In this document: positions 29,290 to 39,107 of the stretch, piece after piece | How the letters are laid out: each line of letters begins with the position of its first letter | Position numbering within the stretch: the stretch's first letter is position 1 | Assembly (NCBI GenBank): GCA_026989265.1 | Contig: JALSJP010000007.1 | Location: 34,949-98,948 of the forward strand | DNA length: 64,000 nucleotides | Source of the DNA: Micavibrio sp. | Lineage (GTDB): Bacteria > Pseudomonadota > Alphaproteobacteria > Micavibrionales > Micavibrionaceae | Direction: 5' to 3' | Program-made: the position numbers and the translations under genes | The notes under the pieces: model-generated | The model's input: the letters and a program-made list of their open reading frames with translations, nothing else | Database searches by the model: none | Told to the model about the DNA's origin: nothing

Positions 29290-31176
29290 CTAACTTCTTA
29301 AATCAACAACTTTCGCCAAAGCCTCAAAATCAGTAACCCCATCTAGAATCTTTAGAATGCCATCATCTCTCATGCTTTTAAAGCCCTTTTTTAATGCAAC
29401 AGCTTTTAATTCAGCCTTGGATTTATCTCGCGCAACAACTTCATTAAGTTCCTCATCAAAAAGTAGTATTTCAACAACGGCAACCCGCCCCTTATAGCCC
29501 TTTTTGCCACAAACCATGCACCCGCCTTCTGCTGCTTTATAAATGGTAGGGGCATTTTGTGGGTCAACACCTAAGATATCGCATTCTTTTGCATCAGGAG
29601 TATGTTCAACCTTACAAAATCTGCATAAACGCCGCGCAAGTCTTTGCGCAAATACAGCCGTAATAGCGCCAGCAAGCATTCCTGCTTTCATACCCAAATC
29701 AAGCAATCGCGGAATTGCGCCAAAGGAATCATTTGTATGCAAAGATGTATAAACCTGATGACCTGTCATAGCAGCCTTCAAAGCCATCTCCGCCGTGGTT
29801 TTATCGCGCACCTCACCAATGAAAATAATATCAGGATCTTGACGAAGCAATGCCTTGATACCATCTGCGAACTCTAATACCCCTTCACGAACATGCGTTT
29901 GCCTAATCATTGGCAATGAATATTCAACAGGATCTTCTAATGTTTGGATATTAACCTCAACATCATTAATTTCATTAAGCATAGAATAAAGTGTGGTCGT
30001 CTTACCACTTCCAGTTGGGCCCGTTACAATAATAATCCCCTCAGGCTTAGAGTTAGCATGCGCAATTTTTGCCATATTTTCATCGCTAAAACCCAAATCA
30101 CCAAGAGGCATAATGCTAGAGCTTTTATCAAGCACCCGCAAAACAATATTCTCACCATGAACAGTTGGCAAAGAAGATACGCGGAAATCAGCCTCACGCC
30201 CGCCAATATTCATACCAAAACGACCATCTTGCGGGCTTAATTTGTCCGCAATATTCATCTCTGACATAATTTTAATGCGCTGAGAAATCCCATTCCAATG
30301 TTGCTTATGAAGAATTTGAGCTGTGTACAACACGCCGTCTAGGCGATAGCGCAAACGTACGAAGTTATCTTCAGGCTCAAAATGCAAGTCAGAAACACCC
30401 AGTTTAACAGCATCAAAAACAAGAGCGTTAACAAGGCGCACAATCGGGTGAGTAAATGCTTCTTTCTCATTTAATGATACAACATCTTTTTGCTTACCGC
30501 CCTCCTCTAACTCCTCTAAAATACCCTTTATTGAACTGGCATAACCATATGCCGCGTCAATAGCATCAGACAAAATCGCCGATGTTGTCACCATTTGCTT
30601 GATAGTAAGGTTTTTAGGTAAATACCTACGAAGAGTATCAAGCGCAACCACGTCATAAGGGTCAGACATAGCAACATGCACTTCCTCATCACTTAATAAT
30701 ATAGGCAAAAGCTGATGCTGGATCGCTACATTTTTTTCAAGCAGCGCAAGAGCATCACCATCAACTATAGTATTGCGGGGATCAAAAACTCCAAAGCCCG
30801 AAGCTTCCGCCAAAAACAAACTTAATGAGTCATCATCAATAAAACCAAGGTCAACAAGAATTTCACCCAGCATTTTGCCAGATATTTTCTTTTCCTGCAA
30901 AGCCACATTAAGCTGATCTTCCGTAATAAGCCCCATGGAAACCATGCGCTCACCCATGCGACCTTTGCCACCATCGCCTGCGCTTTCTTTATGCTCATGC
31001 AATGACAATTCACTGGATGCTTTTTGCAAGGCAGTTCCATTTGGTTTATCCTCATAAACCTCATCAATATGCACTAAATTACCATCTTCAGAGATATTCA
31101 CCTCTTCAGATTCAACTTCTATACCTGTGATTTCAATATCTTCCATATGCACAACCAAACCTTTAATTAAACTCAA
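29290..31176 (-). CDS. pilB: Type IV pilus assembly ATPase (PilB/MshE/GspE family) with MshEN-type N-domain
   Basis: Walker A GPTGSGKTTTLYS and tetracysteine CRFC...CMVC. N-domain has tandem RMGERMVSMGLITEDQLNVAL / MLGEILVDLGFIDDDSLSLFL motifs. Acidic extension of about 70 aa at the N-terminus. Confidence 0.9.
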   Translation of the reverse strand: MSLIKGLVVHMEDIEITGIEVESEEVNISEDGNLVHIDEVYEDKPNGTALQKASSELSLHEHKESAGDGGKGRMGERMVSMGLITEDQLNVALQEKKISGKMLGEILVDLGFIDDDSLSLFLAEASGFGVFDPRNTIVDGDALALLEKNVAIQHQLLPILLSDEEVHVAMSDPYDVVALDTLRRYLPKNLTIKQMVTTSAILSDAIDAAYGYASSIKGILEELEEGGKQKDVVSLNEKEAFTHPIVRLVNALVFDAVKLGVSDLHFEPEDNFVRLRYRLDGVLYTAQILHKQHWNGISQRIKIMSEMNIADKLSPQDGRFGMNIGGREADFRVSSLPTVHGENIVLRVLDKSSSIMPLGDLGFSDENMAKIAHANSKPEGIIIVTGPTGSGKTTTLYSMLNEINDVEVNIQTLEDPVEYSLPMIRQTHVREGVLEFADGIKALLRQDPDIIFIGEVRDKTTAEMALKAAMTGHQVYTSLHTNDSFGAIPRLLDLGMKAGMLAGAITAVFAQRLARRLCRFCKVEHTPDAKECDILGVDPQNAPTIYKAAEGGCMVCGKKGYKGRVAVVEILLFDEELNEVVARDKSKAELKAVALKKGFKSMRDDGILKILDGVTDFEALAKVVDLRS

Positions 31177-31210
31177 AAGACGATAACAAATAATAGTTAA
31201 ATTTTATATA

Positions 31211-31246
31211 AGAAAAGCGCACAACACAGTGATTGTACGCCTTTCT
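31211..31246 (-). terminator. Stem-loop between glnII and the pilus locus (probable glnII terminator)
   Basis: 14-position stem. It pairs fully on the minus-strand transcript (two G-U pairs) with an 8-nt loop. The U-tract is weak. Confidence 0.45.
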
Positions 31247-31270
31247 TATTATTTTAATAAACCACTGATT

Positions 31271-32389
31271 TTAAGCAGCAGCCACGGATACTTTTTTATC
31301 ATCTTCACGTGGCCAAGTAGTGAATTTCATAACAGCCTCATCAACGCCGCACACTGTAGCGCATAAGCGCGCAGATATAAGATAAGGATCAGCATTAGCA
31401 CCCGGCCTGCGGTCTTCAAAATAACCAGAGCCTTTTTGCGCAACAAGCTGTGGAATGCGGATAGAGCATCCACGATCAGCAGTGCCAGCCTTAAATGTAT
31501 CAATGTCACATGTTTCATGCGCCCCTGTTAAGCGGCGATCAAGCGCATAACCATAAAGCTTGATATGCTCTTTATGCTTACCTGCCAATGCCTTAACCGC
31601 AGCGTTAATAGCGTCCATACCCTTGGATTTATCACGAGTATTATTCGTAGAAAAATTAGTATGCATTCCCGCACCATTCCAATCACCTGATACAGGCTTG
31701 TTATGGGTAGAGATGATAACCTCATAATCCTCAGCAATGCGATACAATAACCAACGTGCAATCCACATGTCATCGGAAGCTTTTAATGCCCCTGCATCCT
31801 CATCATTATCACCGCGATAACCAATTTGGAATTCCCACTGCCCTGGCATAACCTCGGCATTAATGCCATAGAATAAAAGCCCAATTTCGATGCAAGCAGC
31901 AGCATGTTCTTCTGCAATATCACGACCAAAAACCTCATCCGCGCCAACGCCGCAATAATAAGGCCCTTGAGGACCAGGAAAGCCACCTTTTTCAGGCCAA
32001 CCAAGAGGCTGCCTACCTTTAAACATTGTGTATTCCTGCTCAAAACCACACCAAGGATCTTGGCTTTGCGCGCCAGCATCAAGAATTTCACGTAATTGCG
32101 CACGAGAATTCGACTCATGAACGCTGCCATCAGCGTTGTAAACCTCGGTTAAAACAAGGAAGTGACCTTCTCCGCGAAATGGGTCTGTAACAAACCTAAC
32201 AGGCTTTAATATGCAATCTGAATCATCGCCTTCCGCTTGACCCGTTGATGAGCCATCAAAGCTCCATTCAGGGAAATCTTCGATAGATGGCGTAAGACCA
32301 ACATTAACCACTCGCGCTTTCGAGCGCAAATGGCGCGTAGGAACAGCTCCATCAATCCATATATATTCAGCCATAGTAAAATTAGACAT
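31271..32389 (-). CDS. glnII: Glutamine synthetase type II (eukaryote-like GSII)
   Basis: AEYIWIDG start, about 370 aa, GAGMHTNFS and RGCSIRIP blocks typical of GSII rather than GSI. Confidence 0.85.
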   Translation of the reverse strand: MSNFTMAEYIWIDGAVPTRHLRSKARVVNVGLTPSIEDFPEWSFDGSSTGQAEGDDSDCILKPVRFVTDPFRGEGHFLVLTEVYNADGSVHESNSRAQLREILDAGAQSQDPWCGFEQEYTMFKGRQPLGWPEKGGFPGPQGPYYCGVGADEVFGRDIAEEHAAACIEIGLLFYGINAEVMPGQWEFQIGYRGDNDEDAGALKASDDMWIARWLLYRIAEDYEVIISTHNKPVSGDWNGAGMHTNFSTNNTRDKSKGMDAINAAVKALAGKHKEHIKLYGYALDRRLTGAHETCDIDTFKAGTADRGCSIRIPQLVAQKGSGYFEDRRPGANADPYLISARLCATVCGVDEAVMKFTTWPREDDKKVSVAAA

Positions 32390-32538
32390 TTAAAAACTCT
32401 CCATTGTTCAATATTTATAAGCTCAGTATTATTTAATTTATGCATTGCACAATGGGCATAGAGAATCAACAGCTAAAAATAAAACAGCTGCAAATAGCCT
32501 AACTACGAAATTATATAACAAAAATGAAGCCCTATATA

Positions 32539-34557
32539 TTAGGTGTCCAAGAAACTACGGAGTTTTCTTGATCGGCTCGGATGTTTGAGTTTACGCAGAG
32601 CCTTAGCCTCAATCTGCCTGATACGCTCACGTGTTACATGGAATTGCTGTCCGACTTCTTCCAAAGTGTGGTCAGTATTCATGCCAATACCAAAACGCAT
32701 ACGAAGGACGCGCTCCTCACGCGGGGTAAGGGAAGCCAAAACTCGCGTAGTAGTTTCACGCAAATTAGAGTGAATAGCACTATCAACTGGCAATATTGCA
32801 TTTGAATCCTCAATAAAATCACCCAGCGAGGAGTCTTCTTCATCACCAATCGGAGTTTCAAGGGATACTGGCTCTTTAGCGATTTTCAGCACTTTACGCA
32901 CCTTATCAAGCGGCATGTGCAGCCGCTCTGCAAGCTCTTCTGGTGTTGGCTCGCGCCCAATTTCATGCATCATTTGACGTGATGTTCGCACAAGCTTATT
33001 AATCGTTTCAATCATATGAACGGGAATACGGATTGTCCGCGCCTGATCAGCAATAGATCGAGTAATCGCCTGCCTGATCCACCATGTCGCATAAGTAGAG
33101 AATTTATACCCACGGCGATATTCAAACTTATCAACCGCCTTCATCAATCCGATATTACCCTCTTGAATAAGATCAAGAAATTGCAATCCGCGATTTGTGT
33201 ATTTCTTAGCAATAGAAATAACAAGGCGCAAATTAGCCTCAACCATTTCTTTTTTAGCGCGCCCAGCTTCTTTCTCGCCTTTTTGAACAGTGCCAACAAT
33301 GCGCCTCCACTCAGAAATAGGCAGCATAGCCTCTTCGGAAATAAGCATTATATGCTCACGCATTTTAGTAACTTGCTCACCATGCTTTTCAACAAAAACA
33401 GCCCAGCCCTTATTTTTTACGCCTTTAAGGCTTGCCACATGATCAAGCCACGTAGGGTCAAGCTCCGCACCATAATATTCTTTAAGGAAAACCTCGCGCT
33501 TAACCTTACATGAAACAGCAAGGCGCATAATTTTACCCTCTATGCTAACCAGATCACGATTCATGCTATATAGGCGGTCAATCAACTGAACTATCCGAGC
33601 ATTATTCAAATGCACTTCATTCATATGAGAAATCATCTCATCTTTTAGCTTTTGGTATTTTTTATCCACCGCTTTGCTAGGATCATCACCATTTTGCAAA
33701 GCCTCAAGACGTTCTTGCTGCACCTTTTGCATTTTCTTGTAAGTTTTTTGAATATTAGAGAATACCTCAAACACCTTAGGTGAAAGCTCTTCTTCCATTG
33801 CGGAAAGAGAAACATTTGCGTCTTCTTCGTCCTCTTCATTTCCTTCACCAGAACCCTCATCACCAGTATTTTCATCATCTGATGTTTCAGGCTCTTCATC
33901 TTTACTCTCAACTTCGCCCGCCTCTTTTTTCCTAGCAGCCTCCTCCGCAGCAATTTTAGCAGTAAGAGCAAGCCCCTCTTCTGTTGCGTCAACCATAGGA
34001 CCTTTATATGTGGCATCAAGGTCAATAACTTCACGCAGTAATATATCACCCTCTTGAAGGGCTTTATACCAAGCAATCAAAGATTCAATAGCCAGCGGGC
34101 TTTCACACATACCGCCAATCATCATACCGCGCCCAGCTTCTATACGCTTGGCAATCGCAATCTCACCCTCGCGAGAAAGCAGCTCCACCGCGCCCATCTC
34201 ACGCAAATACATGCGAACGGGGTCATCAGTGCGCCCAGTATCATCATCAGCAATATTACCGCCTGATTCATACTCTTCATCATCAGATTTTTTGCTTGAT
34301 TTAGGCTTTTCCACTTCCTCTTCATCATTTTCAACAAGCTGCACACCCATATCAGACAAAGACGCCATTGCATCTTCTATTTGCTCGGAAGAGAATTTTT
34401 TTGCAGGCAAAGCCTTGTTAAAAGCATCATATGTTACTGACCCTTTTGACTCACCCTCTTCCAATAATTTTTTAACAAGTTCCGCCATCTCACTTGCAGA
34501 TGTAGAATCTTGAATTTCTTCATTTTGTTTATCACTCACAGCATTACTTCCAACCAT
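32539..34557 (-). CDS. rpoD: RNA polymerase sigma factor RpoD (sigma-70)
   Basis: Regions 1.1 to 4.2 are present, including [39 protein letters not shown] and an acidic non-conserved insert. Confidence 0.96.
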   Translation of the reverse strand: MVGSNAVSDKQNEEIQDSTSASEMAELVKKLLEEGESKGSVTYDAFNKALPAKKFSSEQIEDAMASLSDMGVQLVENDEEEVEKPKSSKKSDDEEYESGGNIADDDTGRTDDPVRMYLREMGAVELLSREGEIAIAKRIEAGRGMMIGGMCESPLAIESLIAWYKALQEGDILLREVIDLDATYKGPMVDATEEGLALTAKIAAEEAARKKEAGEVESKDEEPETSDDENTGDEGSGEGNEEDEEDANVSLSAMEEELSPKVFEVFSNIQKTYKKMQKVQQERLEALQNGDDPSKAVDKKYQKLKDEMISHMNEVHLNNARIVQLIDRLYSMNRDLVSIEGKIMRLAVSCKVKREVFLKEYYGAELDPTWLDHVASLKGVKNKGWAVFVEKHGEQVTKMREHIMLISEEAMLPISEWRRIVGTVQKGEKEAGRAKKEMVEANLRLVISIAKKYTNRGLQFLDLIQEGNIGLMKAVDKFEYRRGYKFSTYATWWIRQAITRSIADQARTIRIPVHMIETINKLVRTSRQMMHEIGREPTPEELAERLHMPLDKVRKVLKIAKEPVSLETPIGDEEDSSLGDFIEDSNAILPVDSAIHSNLRETTTRVLASLTPREERVLRMRFGIGMNTDHTLEEVGQQFHVTRERIRQIEAKALRKLKHPSRSRKLRSFLDT

Positions 34558-34576
34558 AATAAGGAATTTCTAAAAA

Positions 34577-36403
34577 TTACAAAGTTTCACCATCGCGCGA
34601 CTTTGTGTATAACAAATCTCTAAGCCTGCTTACATCTTCATCACAAGACACAGACCGCCAACCATTTTGCATCTCATCCCCTAACCCTGCAGCATTTCCA
34701 TCATTATAATATTCAAGCCAATTGCTTTGAACATCTTCACAGCTCGCAGATGGAGAACAAAAAGATGCGTGAACATATACAGATTCGTTGCATATGTCAC
34801 CTATTTCTTGTGCAAAACCCAAATTTTCTAGTTGATTCAATAAAATATCGCTATTTTTGGCGTGATCGTCGGATAAAATATCTATGATATTTTGCCGCAA
34901 TTTGTCAAATCTAGGCTCTTTAATTGTTAAATTGCAAAGCTCATCCTCAACAAAGCCAAATATATTCGGATGATTAATAATAGACGCCAACAAAACTCTA
35001 GGAAATAAATGCGCCGCCCTTGATTGGTAGCTACGCGGGCGCGGAGGCTTTACCCCAATTGCTTTACTATATTTATTACCCTTAAATGATCTACGTTTAA
35101 AGAATGTTTCCGAGATTTTATGGCGAAGCAGCGATTTATAATGAACCTGCACATCACTATTTGCAACGCGGGCAACTTCATTTTCTAATTGCTTAATAAC
35201 CCCCGCCCTTAATTCAGGAGTTTTAAACCCTCTCCCTGCTGTATAATAATTCCATATAAAATCAAATAATGATAATGACCCGCCTAATATATTTTGAAAG
35301 CCCTTAGCGCCGCTAGATTTTATCAAGCTATCAGGGTCTTCACCATCAGGCATAAAGGCAAAATCAACGCTGCGCCCCGCCTCTAACAGTGGCAATATCC
35401 GATCAACCGCTCGCCAAGCAGCCTTGCGCCCTGCCCCATCGCCATCAAAGCATAATATAGGGATTTTGGTAAAATCAGGAATCATCTTCCACATAGAGAG
35501 AATCTGCTCTTGCGTTACTGCCGTTCCCATAGGAGCTAACGCCCCGCGAAAGCCGCTTTGAGCGCATGCAATAACGTCCATATACCCCTCAACCAATATA
35601 ATAGCTTGCCCGTCCGCAGCAGCTCTTCGCGCTATTGGCTCACCATAGAGCATGCTTCCCTTGTTAAATAGCGGGGTTTCAGATGAGTTTATATATTTAG
35701 GAGGAATAAAATCCCCCCTTTGAGGTGGTCGCATATGATCAGGCAATATCCGCCCGCCAAAAGCAACTATGCGCCCGCGCCTATCAGGCACAGGAAACAT
35801 TATCCTATCACGGAAAAAAGCGTAAGGCTCACCGCCTCTAGTTGATTTTCGCAAGACCCCCGCCGTTATCATATCCTTATCTGAATAATCCTTAGCCAGC
35901 AAAAACTTGCGCAAAGCCTGCGCGTCATCGGGGGCAAAGCCAACCCTAAACTCTGCTAAAGTCTCTTTAGTTAAACCTCTATCCAAAAGATAGCCAAGCG
36001 CGTCACCATTTCTTTGGTCATGTAAATGCGCCTCAAAGAACAATGTTGCCTCTTCTAAAAGAGCATGTAAATCCTTTTCCTTTTTGGACTTTTCCACCTC
36101 TTGCGGAGTTTGTTTTGGAACTTCCATCCCCGCCTCCGCGGCAAGCATCTCAATACTATCAATGAATGAAACATTATCATGTTGCATAACAAAACCAATG
36201 ATATCGCCATGCGCCCCACAGCCAAAGCAATGGTAAAACTGCTTATCATCATTAATCGTAAAAGACGGAGTTTTCTCACTATGGAACGGGCAGCAAGCCT
36301 TAGACTCGCGCCCCATGCGCGTAACTTTAATGCGCCGCCCTATTATCTCGGACAGGGTTAAACGGTTTCGAAGCTCATCTAAAAAACGTGGATTTATAGC
36401 CAT
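34577..36403 (-). CDS. dnaG: DNA primase
   Basis: Zinc finger CPFHSEKTPSF...CFGCGAHGD, a TOPRIM region (LVEGYMDVI) and the dnaG-rpoD order. Confidence 0.95.
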   Translation of the reverse strand: MAINPRFLDELRNRLTLSEIIGRRIKVTRMGRESKACCPFHSEKTPSFTINDDKQFYHCFGCGAHGDIIGFVMQHDNVSFIDSIEMLAAEAGMEVPKQTPQEVEKSKKEKDLHALLEEATLFFEAHLHDQRNGDALGYLLDRGLTKETLAEFRVGFAPDDAQALRKFLLAKDYSDKDMITAGVLRKSTRGGEPYAFFRDRIMFPVPDRRGRIVAFGGRILPDHMRPPQRGDFIPPKYINSSETPLFNKGSMLYGEPIARRAAADGQAIILVEGYMDVIACAQSGFRGALAPMGTAVTQEQILSMWKMIPDFTKIPILCFDGDGAGRKAAWRAVDRILPLLEAGRSVDFAFMPDGEDPDSLIKSSGAKGFQNILGGSLSLFDFIWNYYTAGRGFKTPELRAGVIKQLENEVARVANSDVQVHYKSLLRHKISETFFKRRSFKGNKYSKAIGVKPPRPRSYQSRAAHLFPRVLLASIINHPNIFGFVEDELCNLTIKEPRFDKLRQNIIDILSDDHAKNSDILLNQLENLGFAQEIGDICNESVYVHASFCSPSASCEDVQSNWLEYYNDGNAAGLGDEMQNGWRSVSCDEDVSRLRDLLYTKSRDGETL

Positions 36404-36628
36404 AACTTACTTCTATCAAAATAAGGATATATTCGCAATGCTTCATAAGTTTGCATATTACTCAAAATTTATGTATATTAATAATATATTAACATATAAC
36501 CCCAAAGAAAAAAGAGCGCTAAAATGCCAAAAATATTCACCGAGAATACAAAATTCACCATCATAGAATATGGTGATAACTGCAATTCATTTCCTCTATG
36601 GGATAAATTAAAACAAAAAATCAAGCAA

Positions 36629-37087
36629 TTAAGAGCCTGAAAGCTTCTTCTTTGCAATAGCGCCCGCCTTGCCCATATCAACTTGACCAGCATACTCATT
36701 TTTAAGCACAGCCATAATACGCCCCATATCTTTTAAAGAATTAGCCTCTAGCTTAACAATAAGCCCATCAATAATATCGCAAATTTCATCCTCGCCTAAC
36801 TGCTTTGGCAAAAACTCACGTATAATGTCAATTTCTATTTCCTCACGCTCTGCCAAGTCATCACGCCCAGCCTCACTATATATCTTAGACGATTCTTGAC
36901 GCTGCTTAATCATTGATTGAAGCATAAGCAAAATACCATCATCATCAACGCCATTAGCTTGCCCCTGCTCACGCTCTGCAATATCGCGGTCTTTTAATGC
37001 TGCTAATATCAAACGAATGGTAGAAGCCGCAATTTTATCCTTGTTTTTTAAAGCAACCTTAAGCTCTTCACTAAATCTTGTGCGCAT
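36629..37087 (-). CDS. GatB/YqeY domain protein
   Basis: Start at the internal Met MRTRFSEELKVALKNKD. Also IRLILAALKDRDI and AVLKNEYAGQVDMGKA blocks. Confidence 0.85.
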   Translation of the reverse strand: MRTRFSEELKVALKNKDKIAASTIRLILAALKDRDIAEREQGQANGVDDDGILLMLQSMIKQRQESSKIYSEAGRDDLAEREEIEIDIIREFLPKQLGEDEICDIIDGLIVKLEANSLKDMGRIMAVLKNEYAGQVDMGKAGAIAKKKLSGS

Positions 37088-37180
37088 TTTAATTTTTTCC
37101 TTTTCTTTTGCATCAAAACACATTAGGAAACATATCTCTAGCAGGTAATGCAAAATAACAATTGCTGGAGCATAACATTA

Positions 37181-38329
37181 ATGTCTGATTTTTCTAATAT
37201 AAAACGCCCCCCCAATGCAACCGCTGTTATTGTCCTTGAAGATGGAACAATCTTCTGGGGACACGGAATTGGCGCGCAAACCAGCGCTATTGGCGAGATT
37301 TGCTTTAACACTTCAATGAGCGGTTATCAGGAAATAATGACCGACCCTAGCTATGCTGGGCAAATTATAACTTTCACATTCCCCCATATTGGCAATGTTG
37401 GCACAAATGAAGAAGATAATGAATCAGTAACGCCCGCCGCGCGTGGACTTGTAATTCGCGAAGACATAACAAGTCCCTCAAATTGGCGGTCTAATCAACA
37501 TTTTGATGAATGGCTTAAATCTCATAATCTGGTGGGAGTTAGTGGCATAGATACGCGCAGCCTAACCAAGCACATAAGGGATATTGGAGCGCCAAAAGGA
37601 ATTATCGCCCATAATCAAAATGGCGAATTTGATTTAGGGGAGCTGCACGCACAAATCAAGGACTGGAACGGTTTAGAGGGGGTAGACCTTGCAAAAGAAG
37701 TTACCTGCAAGCAAGCCTATAAATGGGATAAGCCCGTATGGCGCGCCGATAAGAAAGAATCACAACATAAAGTAGTCGCCGTTGATTTCGGCGCAAAGCA
37801 AAATATATTGCGCTGCCTTGTATCTAGCGGCTGCGAGGTCACGGTAGTTCCTGCAAATACTAGCGCATCTGAAATACTTGCCCTTAAACCTGATGGAGTA
37901 TTCCTGTCCAATGGACCAGGTGATCCCGCTGCTACTGGCAAATACGCCGTTCCTATGGTGCGCGAGCTAATCGAAAAAAATACACCTATATTTGGAATAT
38001 GCCTAGGTCACCAAATTTTATCACTAGCCTTAGGCGCTAAAACTAAAAAAATGCATTTAGGACATAGAGGCGCTAACCAGCCTGTAAAAGACTTAAAAAC
38101 TGGAAAAGTTGAGATAACCTCGCAAAATCACGGCTTTGAAGTTATAGCAGATGAGCTTCCAAGCGGCGTTAGCCAATCACATATAAGCTTGTTTGACGGC
38201 TCTAACGAGGGGATAACCGTGGATGGTAAACCAATATTTTCAGTGCAATACCACCCCGAAGCCTCACCTGGCCCGCAAGACAGCCATTATCTATTCGATA
38301 GATTTGTTGGCAATATGAAAAAAGCATGA
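37181..38329 (+). CDS. carA: Carbamoyl-phosphate synthase small (glutaminase) subunit
   Basis: AVIVLEDGTIFWG, FNTSMSGYQEIMTDPSY, GICLGHQIL (catalytic Cys) and VQYHPEA. Confidence 0.95.
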   Translation: MSDFSNIKRPPNATAVIVLEDGTIFWGHGIGAQTSAIGEICFNTSMSGYQEIMTDPSYAGQIITFTFPHIGNVGTNEEDNESVTPAARGLVIREDITSPSNWRSNQHFDEWLKSHNLVGVSGIDTRSLTKHIRDIGAPKGIIAHNQNGEFDLGELHAQIKDWNGLEGVDLAKEVTCKQAYKWDKPVWRADKKESQHKVVAVDFGAKQNILRCLVSSGCEVTVVPANTSASEILALKPDGVFLSNGPGDPAATGKYAVPMVRELIEKNTPIFGICLGHQILSLALGAKTKKMHLGHRGANQPVKDLKTGKVEITSQNHGFEVIADELPSGVSQSHISLFDGSNEGITVDGKPIFSVQYHPEASPGPQDSHYLFDRFVGNMKKA

Positions 38330-38991
38330 CCGATGGCACACCAATGGCAATAAGCAAAAAACTATTAAACGGTAACAAGATATTCCGCGAGAAATACGCC
38401 AAGCTTATGAAAGATCTTGCTACAAATGGGCAGCAGCCCAAATACGCCATTATTGCATGCACCGATTCGCGCAATGATCCCGCAATTATATTTCAACTAG
38501 AAATGGGGGATGCCTTTGTATTTAGAACAATTGGTGCTTTGATATCAGAGCATTTAGGCAGCGATAATGAAGATGCCCTAGTTCAGTTTACTGATGCTCA
38601 TCTTGCCTTTTACTCCAATGCAATGAGCGTTCCTGAAATTATCATAATGGGGCATACTGGATGTGGCGCGGCGCAAGCAATAGCAACAGGGTTAGATCAC
38701 AAGCAAATATCACCTTGGCTTATTCCTGCTGGTGAAAAAGCATTAAAGCGCGTTAAGAATAAAATTCCTGATACGGAAACAGACTCCCCTGAATTTTTTA
38801 AAGCTTTAGAAAAGGAAATGGTTATAGTGAGCCATGAACATCTTACCAGCTACCCTATTGTAAAATCTGCGGTAGAAAATGGAAGTTTAAAAGTAACATC
38901 ATTATTGCATGAATTACCTAGCGGAAACTTATATGAGTTAAATGCCGATGATGGTAGTTTCTTTTTAACAAATGCCAAAGATTTTTGTTGA
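38326..38991 (+). CDS. Beta-class carbonic anhydrase
   Basis: Zinc-ligand motifs CTDSRNDP and GHTGCGAAQA. ATGA start/stop overlap with carA. Confidence 0.8.
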   Translation: MTDGTPMAISKKLLNGNKIFREKYAKLMKDLATNGQQPKYAIIACTDSRNDPAIIFQLEMGDAFVFRTIGALISEHLGSDNEDALVQFTDAHLAFYSNAMSVPEIIIMGHTGCGAAQAIATGLDHKQISPWLIPAGEKALKRVKNKIPDTETDSPEFFKALEKEMVIVSHEHLTSYPIVKSAVENGSLKVTSLLHELPSGNLYELNADDGSFFLTNAKDFC

Positions 38992-39107
38992 AATTTGCGT
39001 GAAATTACTCTACAAAATTGTTCTCGGTGATACCGTCATGCCCGCGCAGAATAAAGAGGGTGACAGTAATATTAAAGTAAACATAATATATTAGAGAAGC
39101 CGAGAAT

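Noticed and set aside
32425-32465. TGCATTGCACAATGGGCAT near-palindrome upstream of glnII, considered as an NtrC or sigma-54 site.
   Set aside because: It is only a partial palindrome. It has no GG-N10-GC element and matches TGCACC-N5-GGTGCA poorly. That is too weak to call.
36404-36628. AT-rich 225-nt spacer between yqeY and dnaG, with a 73-aa ORF (36478-36699) and a short hairpin (CACCATCATAGAATATGGTG).
   Set aside because: The ORF overlaps the yqeY 3' end, is hydrophobic with low complexity, and has no RBS. No recognisable ncRNA motif is present.
39035-39050. CGTCATGCCCGCGCAG in the CA-carB spacer, resembling one arm of the REP-like element at 7219-7238.
   Set aside because: Only one arm is present and no hairpin can form. 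It is mentioned only as supporting context for a possible repeat family.
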